Below, one piece after another: positions 25,801 to 38,214 of a DNA stretch of 64,000 nucleotides. The DNA comes from Dimorphilus gyrociliatus (lineage: Eukaryota > Animalia > Annelida). Where the stretch lies: NCBI GenBank assembly GCA_904063045.1, contig CAJFCJ010000013.1:124001-188000 (forward strand). The letters run 5' to 3'. Each line of letters starts with the position of its first letter. Positions within the stretch are counted from its first letter, which is position 1. Position numbers and translations under genes: made by a program. Under the pieces are notes generated by a model. That model worked only from the letters and a program-made list of their open reading frames with translations. It did not search any database and was not told the DNA's origin.

Positions 25801-26094
25801 TTAAATTTCTTTTGTTATGTCGCTTAAAGTTATTCTTTTGTCTGGAAAACAAAGTTCAAGTATTTTACTGATTATAAAATTAAACGCGATGAGAATCTGA
25901 AATAATTTCCTTTTATGAAATAAACACTTGCGATAAAATGATTCTAGCTGAGCTATTGCATGACAATATTGTAATCGAGATGTAAGATATTCTAGCGCAA
26001 TTTTATTTCGTTGACTAGGCATTTCATTAGTAACATTTGATGTGGGGACAAATAGAATATGATTTAATTGTGAAAAGTCTGTCATAGTAATCAA
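25801..26094 (-). CDS. Possible small unassigned ORF or exon, convergent with the THAP gene
   Basis: 97-codon open frame downstream of a promoter-like region at ~26.3-26.5 kb; no clear family. Confidence 0.3.
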   Translation of the reverse strand: MITMTDFSQLNHILFVPTSNVTNEMPSQRNKIALEYLTSRLQYCHAIAQLESFYRKCLFHKRKLFQILIAFNFIISKILELCFPDKRITLSDITKEI

Positions 26095-26277
26095 TACAAC
26101 AACATAAGCAACCTTTGCAATTACAGCTGAGTGAAGGATTTAATGTAAAAACAAAGTAAAATATGTTTGAAAATTTATTTACGTTGTTAACTTGAATATA
26201 AAAGAAATAAATGTTTGAACAGTTTTCGATCTCAACTCAAAGGCAGGCAAAAAAAAATTGAATTCGCCACAAGTTGA

Positions 26278-26442
26278 TGACGTCAAATTGAGGGATTTTG
26301 CAGCAAAACGTGTCGTAAAAAGTTACTAAAGTAAGTTTTTTTAATGTAGGAATATTTAAAAAAAAATGAAACTGTTGAAATATTAATATTATATTTTTAC
26401 GAATTCAAAAGTTGAGAAAAAAATTGACCAATGATTACGTCA
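26278..26442. promoter_or_regulatory. CRE-type sites (TGACGTCA 26278, TTACGTCA 26435) and CCAAT (26428) between divergent ORFs
   Basis: Motifs read directly; function inferred. Confidence 0.4.
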
Positions 26443-27720
26443 CAATAAGAGGAAATAAATAGCGAGAACCATGCTATTCTGCGTCCTTTCGGAGCCGAGC
26501 TTGGTTGCACTGCCATATTTTGAACTGTTTTTTTATAAAACGTTCAATTTAGAGGTATTATTTTATTTTTAAGTATTTATTTTGTATGGAAAGTGTTAAC
26601 ATATATTCAAAGAACATTTTAAACCTTTTTGCCAAAAAAAATTGTTAATTTTAAGACTAAAAATGCTACTTTTACTGTTCAGTAATCAACAACGAGTCGG
26701 CCATGACTGCAAGTCACTGTTGAAAATTGTTTAATTTTTTTCATGTATTACTTAAAAAGGCATATCTATCATGAAATTAAACTATATAAACAGCTCTATT
26801 AGAATAGTTTAATGGAAGAGAATATTATATAATAGAAATAGGCAAATTTTGAGAATAAAAGAACTGTCATCCTTATTGGACAATGATTATATGTGTTACA
26901 ATGTTATGACAATTATGTTTAATTTCATTTCTCTCTTTTTTCTATTTAAGGTCAAAGATAGTAGCCTAACGTTAAGACTTTCAATAAGAGAAGGCATAGA
27001 TCCTTGACGGTTTAAAGAATAAATTAGTTTGATAAATTATTAAAGGGTGAGTAGACATTTCTCATTTAGCTCTCCTTCCCAAACCCCAGCCCCTCTCCCG
27101 GCAAGCCTAGAAGGAACCACATAATACCTACAATGTTTTCAATAACAATATATTGAATTTTTTTTCCAATTATTGATCCAATGGTCGGAGGCTAAATCTT
27201 TGAGCCATAATCAGGAAGAGTACAGAATCTATAATAGTTGTCTGTTTTCTTTTATTTCTTTTATAAACGATTGAAAATTTTTTGAGTTATTAAATTTTAT
27301 TTCATTAAATCTTTTAAGAGGCTTTTTCCTCATTTATAAAAATAGACATATATTTATATATATACTGTAAAATGTATATATATTAAATAATCCTATATAT
27401 AGTTATATAGGTAGAGATGTGTTTATTAATTTCTATAATTAAGTAAAGTATGAAATTTGACCTCTTTTTTTTTCAATTGTTCCTGCCAGTAAAGTCTAAC
27501 TAATATGCTTTTCTATTAAAAAGCGATGCTTTTATTCAGCGTAATCATTCGATAGCTTTGAAACAATGCAAAGAAACAAAAATAAATATATATATATATC
27601 TTCATTTCACTCATTCATATTTCTCTATACAATACAGAAATCAGTTAATAATCTTATTAATTTGTTAGTCCTTGAGAGATTTGTGAAAGAATTCTATTTG
27701 ATAATCTTAACGATAAGTAA

Positions 27721-29370
27721 TTGACCATGGATGATTTCAAGCAGCTAGAAACGATTTTAGAAGATATTGTTACTGTTATGAACGGCAATAATTTCCTTCC
27801 CGATTTAGATACATCGCTTTTTGGCTTAACGGAAGAAGAATTGACGAGGGATTATCCCAACGAAAAGTTAAAAGTTGATAGTGTACCGGAAAAGTCTTGT
27901 AATAATGAGATATCATCAGATTTGGATCTTATTTCGGACCTCGACTCTTTAACAGATTTACTTTCAACCCCGAAAAACTTTATGAATCAGTTCTGTAGGA
28001 CGGAAGCTGTTGATCGACCGACTTCGCTACCATTGTCACCTTTGGATTGTCAAGCTCCGGTTGATTATTTCGCTCTGAGTCCAATTATGTCGGTGTCGGG
28101 GAACGATTGCAGTATGAAAGAATTGGGATCTGTTAATAATAAGAGGTCTTTGGACGATTTAGCTGAAGAATATAATGTCAATATTGCAAAGAAACCGTGT
28201 GTAAATAACGTTGTTGTTGATGTTCCTGTTAGTCGAGTTCAACCGTCCGTTATTAGAACAGAGAATCGTGATCCAATTCGATTATCTTGCAAGCCTAAAT
28301 TAACTAATTCATGCCAAAATAATTCTTATGTTAGAAGTATTTGTTCACCATTCCATGGTGAATTGGCAAGGAAGAGATTAAAAGAGTACTATTTGTCGGA
28401 TGAGCCGAAAGCTACTATTTCGCCCATGTCCGATAAACCAGTTGTTGAGAAGAGTCCTACCGTTGTTTTGCAATATCGTCCTAGTGACTTAATTTCCGAT
28501 GGTCAGTCGCCACAGGCTAGTGAGCAACAAGATGGTCAACCGAAAAAAACTATAGGAGAGAAATTTGCGACTATTCGCGCGCTATTAAGCCAACAGAGTT
28601 CAAATATCGTAGCTAGAGTAATAGGAAAGCAAAATACTTCTGTTGATAGATGTCAACCTGTTCAAATTCAAGCTGAGGTAGCCGAAAAAATTTTTAAGGA
28701 TCAATCAGACAATTTACAGGCCGAACTTGAGAGAACTGCAAAGAAAGCCGAATCTGGAACTTTAGTTGAACCGGGTGAGAATCTCAGCCAAATACTTTCC
28801 GATTCAACGGAAGTTCAATTGGAGATACCGCCGGATTCGGATGACGATGAGTCTGTCATCGTTCAAATTATTATGGAGCCTAATAAACCTCGAATTGTAG
28901 GTATTTCCCGATGTAGAAAGAACGTACTGGTTAACACGAGGTTAACTCGTGAGCAGATAATGCAACGATTCGAAACATATTTTGAAGGTCACCCACTACC
29001 GTTGATACCCTATGTTCCAACGTATTCCGAGTGGGCGGCCTGGAAGATGGGACAATATAATTTACCAGATTACAAGTGCGTTTGGAAACCATTCACCACA
29101 ATGACCCGACAGCATTTTGAACAATTTCTAAAATCGTCGGAGCTTGTTGATGTAAGCGTTGAAAAATATAATGAACGTCCCCCAATTTCGATTGTTCAAT
29201 ATTTACTCACGTTAGACAGGCGAATTGCTATGTTACAGACGGCATTTTTGCAGTTAGAGGACGGCGATGTAAAGAGTATAATTCCAGAAATAATAACAAA
29301 GGCTTACCAAGAGTATTTGAACTGTAAGAGAAAAAATTTTCCACCAGAGTTTATTGAACGAAGTGTTTAA
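27721..29370 (+). CDS. Unassigned intronless ~547-aa protein (probable start ATG 27727); long acidic/Ser-Pro-rich N-terminus, ordered-looking C-terminal ~170 aa
   Basis: 549-codon uninterrupted ORF, far beyond chance length in this AT-rich DNA; no family recognised. Confidence 0.8.
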   Translation: MTMDDFKQLETILEDIVTVMNGNNFLPDLDTSLFGLTEEELTRDYPNEKLKVDSVPEKSCNNEISSDLDLISDLDSLTDLLSTPKNFMNQFCRTEAVDRPTSLPLSPLDCQAPVDYFALSPIMSVSGNDCSMKELGSVNNKRSLDDLAEEYNVNIAKKPCVNNVVVDVPVSRVQPSVIRTENRDPIRLSCKPKLTNSCQNNSYVRSICSPFHGELARKRLKEYYLSDEPKATISPMSDKPVVEKSPTVVLQYRPSDLISDGQSPQASEQQDGQPKKTIGEKFATIRALLSQQSSNIVARVIGKQNTSVDRCQPVQIQAEVAEKIFKDQSDNLQAELERTAKKAESGTLVEPGENLSQILSDSTEVQLEIPPDSDDDESVIVQIIMEPNKPRIVGISRCRKNVLVNTRLTREQIMQRFETYFEGHPLPLIPYVPTYSEWAAWKMGQYNLPDYKCVWKPFTTMTRQHFEQFLKSSELVDVSVEKYNERPPISIVQYLLTLDRRIAMLQTAFLQLEDGDVKSIIPEIITKAYQEYLNCKRKNFPPEFIERSV

Positions 29371-30221
29371 GATGGATGTATACAATTTATTATGCGATTA
29401 AGATTTACGAAAAATGTTACATCTTTTTGCTTTGCTTATATTTTTGATTTTGGTTACGGTCATACTCATATTTCGCGTTATGATTCAATTTTCTGCTTAT
29501 TACGAATTAATTGGTGTATTTTTTGTGTTTATTCATGAAGAAAAATAATAAATAAGTTATCATGTAAAACGCATTTAAGACTTTGTAACAATTTTTTTTG
29601 CGGTAGTTTTCACTTTGTCCGATAGATGGCTCGACCATTTAGTTGCAGTTGCGTAGAGTATGGCATATGGATTTGATATATATATATATATATAGTCAAT
29701 TGCTCTGATTAAAAGGATCTTGGGGAAAGCTAAATACGTTCTATCAATTTGATTCTCTCTACAGTAAGATAGCCAATTTTACTATTTTGTACCAGGGTAT
29801 TGGGATATTGAATCATTTAAGAAGAGGAGAATCTCCTAAATTTTCATTTATAATTTATAACAACACAAGAAGCCGAAAAAATTCTTGAAATTCTAGGAAA
29901 TTTTTTTTATCCTTATCTTTCGCTTTCCTACAAGATAAAAGATAAAAAAAGAGGCTTTTTTTTTTCTTCAAATATATAATTAATATAAAAGCCTTAAGGT
30001 CGCTAAACAACAAACAAGAATGTTAAATGTTTTAAAACCTAAAAACCTAGATGGATCGAATTTATCGTTTAATTGAATTTCAATCGAATTATTATTTTTT
30101 TTTTATTGGATACGATTGTCTAATAATTTTGATTTATTGTTTTAATTATACTCTAATAATACTAATTCGAAACCATAAAATAAAGATTTTGTAATTCTAG
30201 TTTAGTTTTTAATTGATAAAG

Positions 30222-30310
30222 AGATAGATGGATAGATAGATAGATGAATGAATGAATGGATGGACGGATGGTTGGTTGGTTTGTTGGCTGACTGACTGAC
30301 TGGCTTGGCA
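30222..30310. repeat. Compound tetranucleotide microsatellite drifting GATA>GAAT>GGAT>GGTT>GACT>GGCT
   Basis: Directly visible 4-nt periodicity with single-base steps between blocks. Confidence 0.85.
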
Positions 30311-32522
30311 AGCAGGTTTGGTTACTTTGGATAGATGGATGCGTGCAATTGTAAATGAACAAATTGGAATTATTTCTAATTTTTTTTTTTATCTCTACAC
30401 CCTAGAGTTCTTTTTTCCAGCTGACGCTCGTAAAGCTGTCGGTATATTAATCACTATTATCATCTTTTCGAGTGTAAACCATTCTTTTTTACGAGTGTAG
30501 AAGAAAGTTTTTCTCTTATTACGTTCTTGTTCTATTCTAACATTGTCCTAGGATTTTTCCTTTAATATCCTTCTCTACTCGGTGACCTAAAAACATTTGA
30601 TGATATTTTTAACTAAATAATTGATTTATCGATTATTGTCAGTGTGCGAGTGACATTAGAAAATATAAAATAGAGGGCGTTACCCATAGCAATTAATCAG
30701 GCAATGTGATTTTTTTTTCTATTGCTTTTTAATTATAGCTTGTTGCTTTCCCCTTTATTTAATCATACATAAAAAATTAATTTAGAAACGATGTAACTTA
30801 CCTTTATCGAAGAGTTTTTGTTGCAAAAATTAACCTCATTCAGTAAAGAATGTTCCACAGAATGTTCCACAGAATGTTCTTTTTTTATGGAATGTATATA
30901 GTATTCATTTTACTATTTGTGTTATATATTTTCTTAACTCTTTTTAATATTGCAAAAGATTTATTTCTTTCCAACTTAAAAGGGAAATGTTATAAATTCG
31001 GCTTTGTTTTATCTTTCTTATCAAATAAGAAAACTGCAAACTTTTTTTTACGGTTTTTCTGTCTCTCTTTACAAGATTAAAGAATAAAAAAAAATAGACT
31101 TTAAAATTACGAAAATATATCGAACGTTTCTTTTTTAAGAACATTCTATAATGATTCTTTTTCGACAGAGAGAGAGAGAATTGCCATTCGAAAAATACTA
31201 AGTAATGAATCAAGGATAGTAGTTTTGTTTTACTGTCAACCGAAGGATATACCTTGGAGAATAATTCTTTTTATTATATTTATCTGCAAATCTCTTATAT
31301 TAATATCTTATTGAGTGTACAAGAATCATTTTGTAATCCATTTTTTTTGTCGGTAAATTTAAGGTCAACATGCAAAGATTAGTTTAGATTATTAAATCAA
31401 ATGGATAAAGTAGTATTTAAATAGTATAGCTTTAATTGATACATGACAGAAAGCATCCTTCAAATGCTGTTTCTATTACAGCATCATTAGTTTCAGTCAA
31501 CAATATTGAACGTTTGTGGCAGGATATTAAACGATTAAGATTATACAAAGCAGCGAATTGCCAAGAGTACTTCAATCGAGGAGAATAGGTTAACTGGTTT
31601 GTTAGAAAGCTTATCTCAAAAGTAAAAGAGAGAGGGAGAGGAGTGCGTATTTATATATATATATATATGTGTGTGAGTGCGTGTGTGAAAAAAGACAGTG
31701 CCTGAGAAGCGGTTGAATGAAAATGTATGTAAAATATGAAAGTAGCGTATAATTAACCTTTAAAATTTTCATTCGATTAACCTCTTTCTTTGGAATTAAA
31801 TTACCAAAAGTTCTTTGATTATATTTTTACTTTCAAAAGCCAAAAAGATTAACGATTATTATTTTTATTATACAGTATTTTACTTGTATCTGGTATAGTA
31901 AAAATTTACTGTATATATAGTATACAGCAATATACACAGCGAATGCTATATACACTATCTACATAGTGGGTTAGTTGTTGTATATACATCGATGCAACTG
32001 ACTGGCTTTACCGTTGTTAGATCCTTTAAAAAAATGATACGTTTCTGGTCGAAAAGATATTATTTCTATCGAGAACTCTTTCAGTAATTGCAATTGAAAT
32101 TTTTCTTGTTATAGAGTATCTTTGTACAATAAAGACCTATAATGAGGAAATTAACACTTTGTTTTTTAAGAATCATTTTGATAAAAGAGCGTAACCTTAG
32201 AGCTAATTATGACTATATCCGGTCTGGAGATGTCGCTATTAGTTGTTACGCTTGGCTATAGAGATATTTTTACGGAAACGATAGGATAGTAAATTGTTCA
32301 TTTGACCGAAAAAATAGAGAAGAGGTGGCATAGAGTTGTGTTTTATAGGAAAAGAATGGACACAGTAAAAGGAAATTTGTAGGAACTAGAGTATGGGGCG
32401 ACTGCGTTGAAAAGAACAGATCAACCCTGGATGTTAATGGGTTGTGGAAAAGAGTCCGGTATTTTTCTAACAATGACCGGAAAAGTAGAGGAAAAAAACG
32501 AGAGAGAGAGATAGAGAGAAAG

Positions 32523-32561
<39 letters not shown>

Positions 32562-33515
32562 TAACGAGAGAATATCTTCATTAGAACCCTGTTCTTTTTT
32601 ATCTTATTTTCTTTAGTAATGACTTTTATTAGGTTCAGTTATATATACTACAATTAGGACTGAGTTTAATAAATTATGTACAGTATGAGGTGTTTAATTA
32701 CTACGTAAATATAATAGAAGGCAAACATTTCAATTAAAAACAAACTAATAAATAAACGAACAAAACAAATAATACTAGACAAGAAAAACAGCGGGAATCA
32801 AATAAAAAGGGGATCTTCTCCACCACTGAAATACTATAAGGTGGAAGGTTGGTGGGGTGCGCATATTTCTTCTACGCTTGAGCTACGCTAGCAGTCTACA
32901 ATTGCCCAGGAGTTTCCTTTTGTCTAGGAGGTAATTAGGGCGTCTGACTGTTTAGGGTTTTTGTTGTTTTTGTATGCGTTATATATTATCGAGAGTTTAA
33001 AATCGGCATTAAAAGGATGATACGTGTGATTTTTCTTCACTCTTCATTTGAGTAATTATTGGCAATGAGGAAAATGAGGTCGAAAGTCAAAAAAAAAAAA
33101 AAAAATAACATTAGGAATACTATAGACTGTATGTAAATAAAGGGTATATACGATAAAAAGAAAATAGAGTAGAAATATTAATCTTAAACACAAGTGTCAT
33201 ACTAGATTGTAATTAATACTAAAATATTGAAAGAATAAAGAATAACAATATTTAATTACCAGGTGTTTAATCACATATTAATTAAAGTATATTAATAATA
33301 TTTATATGCGTTAATATTTTTATATATTTAAATAGAAGACAATGAAGAAATATTTTCTTTTTTTTTGATTCCAAAGTTGTCCTGAGTAACACCTTTGTAA
33401 TTACAGAATATTTTATATTTTAATAGTGTCGAAGAGAGTATAATTACTGTCTTTTTCCTTACATTTTTCGTTAGATCTATTTCAATGCATTCAATTATGG
33501 AATATATATACTGTA

Positions 33516-33558
<43 letters not shown>

Positions 33559-34779
33559 TAAATGTACAGTATACAGTATATACTAATATATTTATTTATT
33601 TATTTATACCTTATATACTATTTCTTATATCTATCTATCTATCTATCAATCTACATTTGATAAATATCTCTATTTAATCCTTAATCCTTTCAGACTGATT
33701 ATTTAATAAATCCGAATTGACTTTATTAAGAAAAAAATCCATTTTTTATATTTAGAAGTGCATAGTTTCTTTTTTAAATCTATATTTAACAGAAATTCAA
33801 CTCCCGCCTTTTCTTTTTATCCTTCTCCCCTGAAAGAGGTTTTTCTTTTTTCTTCCCATATTTCTTCTATTATTTTATAGTTGCTTTTCTTTTACTTTCT
33901 TCTCCTCTTTATCTTTCTATTTACTCGTCCCTGTCTCTTTTGATTTGTTCATCCCTTTTCTTTCCATCATGTTCCCTCCTTTAAGAACAATCTTTCGTAA
34001 TTTCAACGGCCTATAGAGTTGGAGATGGCATCAATTTGGAGCTAATTTACAGGAAGTCTTGTAACTATACGCTTGGTACATGTATGCCCGAGTGAACAAG
34101 GATGAAGAGGGCGGCGTTTATGTCAGCTTTTATCAGGCTGTTGAGAAACCTTATTTTTCCTATTTAATTAATATAATGAAAAATGCGTCTATAAAATGAA
34201 TTAAATGTATATCAAATATTATAAATGAAAATTTCTTTTAAATTATTTAACTAAACTGGTATATAAATATTAGTAAAATATAATGTCATTCTTGGAAGAA
34301 TATCGACAAAAGGTTGACTTGGTGCATCGAGATTAATCAATAGATGATTATAATAAACAGCGTGTTCTTCCCTTCAATCTCAGGTATACAAGAGATATAC
34401 TACGCGTACTATGAAACAATACGCAGTATGAGAATCACTGTATATCGGAAAAAATTGTATACCTCTAAAGATCATCTGTAGATTAGGGCTAGGAAGATTG
34501 GTATTCAAAGAGTGAGAAGAACGAAAACATTCTATAATAATTTAACAAAATCAGTAAATTATGTCAATCGGAAGAGAGCAAACATATACATTTTTATTCT
34601 AATAGATAAAGTAGAAATTAAAAAAGAAACGATAACAGTTCATTTATAGACATTTATAGTGGGGAACAATGGAAATATTTATAATTAGGGTTTTTATTGT
34701 TGTTCGTGCTAAAATAGCTAATCTCTCACACATTTATTTAATAAAAATTTCTTTCTCTTCTTCCTTATTTTCCTTCGTT

Positions 34780-34817
<38 letters not shown>

Positions 34818-34919
34818 TTAATTTTTTCTATATTTTCCATATTCTATGATTGTAGAAATCGATTATAAAATCTACGTAGAAAAAACAAAAACTATATATA
34901 AAACAAATCAAAGATCTAT

Positions 34920-35055
34920 TTAGGAATCATTTTTCTTTAGATCTTCTTGCAAATCTTCTAGTTCACCTTTAACGCATAGTTCGATGTTGTAGAATAAAAC
35001 CTTACTTTTTGTCCAACTGAACGAGTTATCAAAGATGACTTTATCTATTTAAATA

Positions 35056-35104
<49 letters not shown>

Positions 35105-37506
35105 ACAGTAATATATAATAATCCATATATACGTATATACATTAATTGCAATTGTTTAACAATTAAATAGAATATTGAATACTTATATAACTGTTTATGA
35201 ATATTTAACAAGTTTAATCGTTTATTACATTAAATAATCCAATACGGGAATTAAGGATTTATTTATAGAGTTATAACATTGACCTATTGAACTATTCTAA
35301 AGAGTCTAGCTCAAAGTATTGTCATATATAAAAGCAGAAAGTAAGAGGTGTTTTCTTTTTGCTACTATTACGTAATAAGGAATGATTATTGTAAAGAAAC
35401 ATGGTGGGACGAAGAGAGAGACAGAGAGAGAGAGAGAAAAAGAGAATAGACAAGACGGATGATAGACAGAGAGGTAGTTAATTGTTTAAAAGTAACTAAG
35501 AGTATAAAACATATTTTTTTCCTGGTTGGAATATAAATGCCTACTTTTATCTCTCCTATAGACAGTACAGGTATAAAATATGATAAATATACTTTTATTA
35601 CTTACATAGTCCCAGATTTTCGCATACTAATGAGCCATATTCGGGAACAATATGACTATTAATTCTCGTTATTGGTAAAATTTTCTTTTCCTTTTCGTTA
35701 CCTCGAAAAGAAATACCGAAACCGATATCCTTATCATTAGTTTGAAATTCCCATCTATATTAATTAGATAATTAAACTAGGAGTAATTAAATCATTATCT
35801 ATTAGTTTACTTAAGTATAGAATCCTTTTCTTCCACTTGAAATTTGATAACCAGCTTATCAGCTCTCGGTACGGTAACTTTTTCCAGATGATCTAGAAAG
35901 TTGACATTCTTAAGGTAATACGACTCGGGTATTTTTCCTCCTTGAGTGGCAAGATGACAACACCTTGCATCTCCGTTCGGGCCGGTAAGAGTTCCTCCAA
36001 GGCACTGTGGAAGATATTCGGCGCCTATTTTATCAATGAGTCTCTGCCGAAAATCAGATCCCAAAAATTGTATCTTATTTCTCATATCGTCGCTTAACAA
36101 AGGTTTAGCAATTCTGTATAGTATAGGTAGAAAAGCCGGTGCTTAACGGGAACAAAAGAACGAGGAGGAGGAGGAGGAGGAAGAAAAGAAAAGAATATTA
36201 GAAAATTATAAAGATAACAACACTTTCATGTTTATTACCATTGATAACGTAGAGATATTTTACCATTTCCGGATAATTGTCTTCCAATAGCTGTACCAAG
36301 TACATGTACATTTGAATACCTGAACGCCAAAGGTGGCTCGTACCGCATTTTTCCATATCGAAAATTACTATAATACCATCGATTAGTTTGTTCATCTTGA
36401 TTTGAGCAAACAAATTAAGAAGAGTAAAGAAGAGATAAACGAAATAAAATGAATGGTATATACCTTTACAGTTTGCTGTCTGCAATATTTTTCCATTTTG
36501 TATGCTTGAGATATTGTATTCATTTCCAAATCAGACTTTTTACAAGAGTACATTAAACCCTTCATATCTAATCTTCCGAATAATTCCCATTGAAATGGGT
36601 ATCCATCTTTACTTGTTGGAAAGAGACCAGTTGCCGAGTATCGTTTGATCACCTTTTATTATTATTATTAATATTATCATAATAGTAACGATAACCATCA
36701 ACATCATCATCATCATCATAGTTGTCGTCATTGTTTAATAGATAAAGACAAAAAAAATGAAACAAATAAACAATCTTATGGATCAATTACGATATTAAGA
36801 AAAACAGAATCGTATCATTTTTACCTCGGGCGGATCGTATTTATCAATATTTATCATATCGTTCTGAGCCCGATATTCCATACTCTAAGAATATTATAGA
36901 TAAATATTATTAGGGAAGAGGAGGGAGGGGCGGGGTATGGAAGCGAGAGAAAAAAACATATACGACGAAGAGAGAGAGAAAGAGAGAAAGCGAGATGAAG
37001 AAAAGAGGAAAGTAATGGAATAAATTAGATAATTTTTAAAAGAAACATACATTTCTTATCATCTTCTCTGCTTTATCAATATCGAAGCATCTAGCTGGAA
37101 AAAATAATTACTCTATTAACTTAATAATCAATGTTAATAGTCTAAATGCTTTCTTATTATTATCTGTTTTATTTTTTATACCTTTCAACCATTTTATTAC
37201 GTAATAATCCTCATTATACGGAAGTTCTAGATCGGAAATTCTATCCTTAAACTGTCAATATATAAAAAAAGAGGTGGGGAGAGAGGGTTATATATCTATA
37301 CTGTATATTTATAAAACTATTATCTATTCAGCGTGGAAAAATTATAGATAATCAAGAATCAGCTCATTAAGTCGCCTTATCATTAAAATTATTATTCTTA
37401 TCTTTTCAATCGTAAACAATCTGTATAGATTCTTTCTATTCTTTATTTTTGTACAAACCTTATTTAATATCTCCAATTTGTTATCGTCCAAATCAAATTG
37501 ATTCAT
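34920..37506 (-). CDS. SEC14L2/3/4-like lipid-binding protein (CRAL-TRIO-N, CRAL-TRIO, GOLD), copy 1, 390 aa. Exons 37506-37459, 37251-37182, 37094-37051, 36884-36825, 36652-36464, 36395-36239, 36141-35811, 35754-35606, 35044-34920
   Basis: Continuous spliced frame with EDYYVIKWLKARCFDIDKAEKM, LLEDNYPEMVKYLYVINAP, EYLPQCLGGTLTGPNGD, WEFQTNDKDIGFGI and FDNSFSWTKSK. Confidence 0.92.
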
Positions 37507-37696
37507 TTCTTAGTATTTCCTAATTTCTTTAACCTTTAAAATGGTCTTGGACAAGAGCCTATCTATGAATCATATATATATAGTGTTTAAACAACTCTTC
37601 ACAAATGGTAACCTTTGACAATGACCTTGTTAAAAATATAGTAGAGCTAATAGGCTGAAAAAAGTTATAAGAAATAATATTAACTATATTGAATAC

Positions 37697-37736
<40 letters not shown>

Positions 37737-37849
37737 AAATTCAAAATAAACATGAATGATAATGTATTTATTCTTTATATACAGTATATTATGTTTGAAC
37801 TCTTTAAATCTCTTCTCCTGTTAAAGTAATATATATGAAGTATACATAG

Positions 37850-37895
<46 letters not shown>

Positions 37896-38214
37896 TTAAC
37901 AGACACAATTATACGTACAATGTTTATGAAAGTACAACAGTATTTATACACTATACATGTATATGCATCGACACGTCATAATCAGGAGTGCATGTACAGA
38001 GTATATACTGAGCATTAATGACGTCATGATAATACAAGTAAATCGGATTTTCCATTACAGTACGGAAGAATTAATAAAAAGAGTTTTTTTTCGCATTAAA
38101 AAAATCAATAATTCTTCGCAAATCATGGCATAAATCGAGGTCGATATTTATTATGAATCATTCCTTTCTATTCCTTTTTTTTATTATTATTATTTTTCGA
38201 TAGTTGATAGTTGA

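Noticed and set aside
21500-26300. Terminal inverted repeats or target-site duplication around the THAP/transposase gene
   Set aside because: None found by eye, so no intact mobile element is called; an einverted-type search would be decisive.
31482-32250. Phase-compatible short exon-like pieces, one containing NNIERLWQDIKR (transposase-like IExLW motif)
   Set aside because: No start, no other DDE motifs and no recognisable product; phase agreement can arise by chance.
32270-32581. Short hydrophobic ORFs over (AG)n, (CT)n, (AT)n and (ATA)n tracts, here and at 3313, 37559, 41061, 55337 and 63223
   Set aside because: Translations of microsatellites or AT-rich introns, or antisense shadows of real exons.
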